From: Spirochaetota bacterium | GTDB taxonomy: Bacteria > Spirochaetota > UBA4802 > UBA5550 | Direction of reading: 5' to 3' | Length of the DNA: 64,000 nt | Assembly (NCBI GenBank): GCA_963664815.2 | Contig: CAXXHB010000003.1 | Span: 3,712,001 to 3,776,000 of the forward strand | In this document: piece after piece, positions 60,761 through 64,000 of the stretch | Position numbering within the stretch: the stretch's first letter is position 1 | Layout: each line of letters opens with the position of its first letter | The notes under the pieces: generated by a model | What the model saw: only the letters and a program-made list of their open reading frames with translations | Databases searched by the model: none | Told to the model about the DNA's origin: nothing | Translations under genes and position numbers: made by a program

Positions 60761-62401
60761 ATGTTTATTAACAAGTATTCTATTTTTTATTTACTCATTG
60801 TTATTCTATGTTCCTCAACTATCTACCCGCAGCCCGCAAAAAAACTGATTATTAAGGGTCTTAAAATATTCCCGGAAAGTGAGCTTTATTTACAGCTGCA
60901 TCTGGAAAGGTTTGAAGAGGGTAAAATTAACGTTTCAGATGTAGTAACATCTATAGAAAAATTTTACAAGGACAGGAATTACACTCTTGTTAAAGTTTTT
61001 GCCACCGAACTACGGAATACGGGTGAATACACACTGTTTGTGGATGAAGGCCGACTTGGAAAAATTATTGTTCATAACCTGAACAGCTACTATTCACTTA
61101 AATTCAAACAGCAGGTAAAAATTCCGGGAAGAATCTATAACGAAGTAATACTTAAGCAAAACCTTGTAAAACTTAAACAAAAATTCCCAAAATCGCAGAT
61201 AAGGATGGAGATTGAGAAACCTCCGGATTACGAAAGCAATATCATCCAGCTCGACAGAGAACTCAGAAGATTGAAACTGGGTGAAATCTTTGATACCGAG
61301 ATTTTTGACAGGTATACACCATTGAACGATCTTCATTTCTTTGTCACAAACAGTAACGGGGGTGATCTTCCCGACAATAAAAACGAGGGATTCGGATTTG
61401 ATATAGATTATAAATTCCCGTCGGTTTTTATCCCACAGGTATATTATCTTGATAAAAATCTTTTTTCAAAAAAAGATTACCTGGAATCTACACTTTCTAT
61501 AGGGGTTGATCCAGGCCTGAAAAAGCTATTGAGCATCCATCCATCCCTGGATATCGCGTTTCCACCGGAAATAAGCTACGTAGAGTTAACAGGTGAATAT
61601 AAAATAAGTCCTCTGCAGAATGATTTTATAGGTCCGCTTCTCAGAGGAAGGATATTTCACAGCAAAGCATCAAGAAGCGATCTGGGCATTTCCGGTTACA
61701 CTTATTTAAACATGAGAGGCACTCTTGCTCCGGAGATAACATTATTAAAAAATCTCAATATCTATGCCGGTACAGGACTTGAACAGGTATTTATCTACGA
61801 CACATCAACAGATTACAATGCCGAACAATATACCATCATAAGCAACAATAATTTCTGGAGACCATTCAACGAAGCCAGAATAAAATTTGATCCGGTACCA
61901 ATTAGAATCGGCAACAGAATAGACAAATATCTCATTCTCACTTATACAGATTATTATTCCGGAAATAATTCCAATACTCTTGAAATAAAAGGTGTATATG
62001 ACACTGAGTTTGAAAATCTCAGCATACTCTCCCTGAAATTATATGCGGCAATGCTGTTTCAGAATCCGCCATTTTACGATAATATTTCTGTAAATAACCA
62101 GTTTTTCAAAGGGTTTTCCGGAGATAGTTATTATTGCAATAAAAATTTGTCACTGTCAGGGGAATACAGAATTTCAATTTATCAGGATTACATGTATGCC
62201 GGGGCTTTTTTCGACTGTGTATTATTTGAACCGGAAGGATATATTCTGTCAGGCACAAAGCAGGGTATATACTATGGACCCACGGCAAGGCTTCTTATTT
62301 ATGACCAGTTCGAATTAATTACCTATTTCGGTTTTGACAGATTATTCCCTGATAATAATACAGGGTTCAATCTTCAGATGAAGCTAAGAAAAAAATGGTA
62401 G
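60761..62401 (+). CDS. Omp85/TpsB-like outer-membrane protein with N-terminal POTRA-like domains
   Basis: Signal peptide; POTRA-like IIKGLKIFPESEL..IEKFYKDRNY..V..VDEGRLGKI; barrel-like FKGF..LSGEYR..GAFFD; alternating C-terminal strand ending in W. Confidence 0.7.
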   Translation: MFINKYSIFYLLIVILCSSTIYPQPAKKLIIKGLKIFPESELYLQLHLERFEEGKINVSDVVTSIEKFYKDRNYTLVKVFATELRNTGEYTLFVDEGRLGKIIVHNLNSYYSLKFKQQVKIPGRIYNEVILKQNLVKLKQKFPKSQIRMEIEKPPDYESNIIQLDRELRRLKLGEIFDTEIFDRYTPLNDLHFFVTNSNGGDLPDNKNEGFGFDIDYKFPSVFIPQVYYLDKNLFSKKDYLESTLSIGVDPGLKKLLSIHPSLDIAFPPEISYVELTGEYKISPLQNDFIGPLLRGRIFHSKASRSDLGISGYTYLNMRGTLAPEITLLKNLNIYAGTGLEQVFIYDTSTDYNAEQYTIISNNNFWRPFNEARIKFDPVPIRIGNRIDKYLILTYTDYYSGNNSNTLEIKGVYDTEFENLSILSLKLYAAMLFQNPPFYDNISVNNQFFKGFSGDSYYCNKNLSLSGEYRISIYQDYMYAGAFFDCVLFEPEGYILSGTKQGIYYGPTARLLIYDQFELITYFGFDRLFPDNNTGFNLQMKLRKKW

Positions 62402-62411
62402 CCAACTGCCG

Positions 62412-63224
62412 TTAATCTATACTTATTATCCTGCTTGTCATAAAACATCTTTCGCTGTCGCGAAGAAAACAGTGAGCAAGTATGTAATTATTCTTCCCGT
62501 ATTTCAGAAATTCCTTTGGTAATATATGCCTTTTCGTGACAATGCCATCAGAGTCTTTATACCTGATTGTAACCTCCTCCCCTATGCATATATTTCTCCA
62601 CACCTCTCTCCCTTGTGAGGATTCTGATACAATACCCGGATGTACAAGTTCACCATGAACTTTAACCAGATCGGAAAATGACGATTCACCAGTAACACCA
62701 AGGCCCTTAAGGCTTTCACAGAATACCACCATGCACGCTATCGCGTCATCAAGCGCCCTGTGGCTTACAAGATCAAGCCCCAGGTGAGAAGCCAGTGTGG
62801 GGAGTTTATGATTGGGAAGTTCAGTAAAATGTTTTTTCGCCAGCCTAACAGTATCAAGTGCAAGTAGTTCCGGCTTTTTTACACTGTTTGCACTGAAAGC
62901 GCGTTCAATAAAGGAAAGGTCAAAACGCGGATTCTGAATAACCAGTACTGTTCCGTCAATAAATGAAAAAAAATCATTCCAGACTTCATCAATTGCCGGA
63001 AATCCGGAGACCATTTCATTGGTAATACCATGAATCCGTATAACATTCTCAGGTATATTGATCCCGGGATTGACAAGCGTCTGATAGCATATATTTCCGC
63101 CATCAAGACGAAACCTGACAGCACCGATCTCTACAATTTTATCAAACGCAGGATTTACACCTGTAGTCTCAAGATCAACCGCACAGAAATCAACAGATGA
63201 GAGTTTAACGTTGTTCTTCACCAT
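62412..63224 (-). CDS. DEDDh (DnaQ-like) 3'-5' exonuclease fused to C-terminal WYL domain
   Basis: VDLETTG (ExoI), QNPRFD (ExoII), HRALDDA (ExoIII); IRY..SDG..TKRHILP....YILAHCFLRDSERCF...RI (WYL). Confidence 0.88.
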   Translation of the reverse strand: MVKNNVKLSSVDFCAVDLETTGVNPAFDKIVEIGAVRFRLDGGNICYQTLVNPGINIPENVIRIHGITNEMVSGFPAIDEVWNDFFSFIDGTVLVIQNPRFDLSFIERAFSANSVKKPELLALDTVRLAKKHFTELPNHKLPTLASHLGLDLVSHRALDDAIACMVVFCESLKGLGVTGESSFSDLVKVHGELVHPGIVSESSQGREVWRNICIGEEVTIRYKDSDGIVTKRHILPKEFLKYGKNNYILAHCFLRDSERCFMTSRIISID

Positions 63225-64000
63225 CAGAATTCACCAAGAATTTTAATCTCTGTTTCAAGGTTTATACCAGAATAATTATAAACAGTTTCCCTGATATGAC
63301 TGATCAGGTTATAAATGTCCGAAGATACTGCATTACCGGTATTTATAATGAAGTTCGTATGTTTTTCAGATACCATCGCTCCGCCGATTCTATACCCTTT
63401 AAGTCCGCTGTCATTTATCAGTTTCCAGGAGGAGAATCCTTCAGGATTTTTAAAGACAGATCCCGCCGAAGGGTACTCCATGGGATGCTTCTTCCACCTG
63501 TCGCCGATTATATCATCCACGCATTTTCTTGTTTCATCTATATTCCCCGATTCGGGGAGAGAGAATAATCCGCCCATAATTACAGTATTTTCCGGGAGAT
63601 GCATTTTCCTGTAACCGGAAATTCCATCAGTGGTATCAACTTCAAATACAGTACCGTTATAATCCACACCTCTGATTTTCTTCAATATTTCCACAAAAGA
63701 ACCCATATACGTTCCGGCGTTCATAAATATACCGCCTCCTATCGAACCGGGTATTCCCGCCATAAATTCAACACCAGCATACCCGGCATTTACCGCCTCA
63801 CAAACAAATTGTTCCTTGCTGAGAGCCGCTCCGGCGTATATATGCTCTCCTGATACTTTAAAACTGTTATCAAGCCCGGAAATTTTTAAGGTAACACCAT
63901 GAAGCCCTTTATCACTGATTAAGAGATTTGATCCTCCACCAATAATATAAAGAGGTATGCCCTCCTGTTTAATAAGCGGCATAATTGATACAATTGCTTC
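63224..64000 (-). CDS. murB: UDP-N-acetylmuramate dehydrogenase, 5' end beyond window
   Basis: GGGSNLL, GIPGSIGG...MNAG, PSAGSVFKNP, SEKHTNFIIN, LETE. The frame stays open to the window end. Confidence 0.95.
   Translation of the reverse strand, partial: EAIVSIMPLIKQEGIPLYIIGGGSNLLISDKGLHGVTLKISGLDNSFKVSGEHIYAGAALSKEQFVCEAVNAGYAGVEFMAGIPGSIGGGIFMNAGTYMGSFVEILKKIRGVDYNGTVFEVDTTDGISGYRKMHLPENTVIMGGLFSLPESGNIDETRKCVDDIIGDRWKKHPMEYPSAGSVFKNPEGFSSWKLINDSGLKGYRIGGAMVSEKHTNFIINTGNAVSSDIYNLISHIRETVYNYSGINLETEIKILGEF

Noticed and set aside
417-63853. Numerous antisense or out-of-frame ORFs in the six-frame track (e.g. 1497-1976, 8166-8702, 41555-42010, 51829-52284)
   Set aside because: They lie within well-supported genes on the opposite strand or in another frame and have no motifs; treated as shadow ORFs.

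Overview
A low-GC bacterial chromosomal window with about 45 protein-coding genes. I saw no rRNA, tRNA, CRISPR array or transposase. The gene content (LptE-like lipoprotein, Omp85-like protein, multi-TM MCP, PrsW-cNMP fusion, hcp, AbfD) suggests a diderm anaerobe, possibly Spirochaetota; this is inference only. Layout: (1) a sigma-54 two-component pair; (2) a ~17-kb acyl-CoA/4-hydroxybutyrate cluster (FadN-like, thiolase, two AbfD paralogues, two 3-hydroxyacyl-CoA dehydrogenases, patatin, acyl-CoA dehydrogenase, crotonase, CoA-transferase, two TetR genes) carrying seven copies of an 18-bp FadR-like operator, two of them within a perfect 62-bp palindrome; (3) housekeeping genes: recQ, hcp with an FNR-type box, leuA with a Leu leader-peptide attenuator, a PanP-like decarboxylase, tandem CoA-transferase paralogues, asnS, an NAD-dependent ligase, rmuC, miaA, mtaB and murB; (4) a compact, terminator-bounded three-gene operon (cytoplasmic PQQ-type beta-propeller, membrane-anchored FHA-like protein, 1275-aa tubulin/FtsZ-like protein), the best candidate for an uncharacterised system; (5) unusual architectures (PrsW-PilZ-cNMP, DEDDh exonuclease-WYL, ArsR abutting a POTRA/Omp85-like gene) and two inverted copies of a 136-bp REP/MITE-like element. 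All family calls come from motif recognition by eye, not from database searches.
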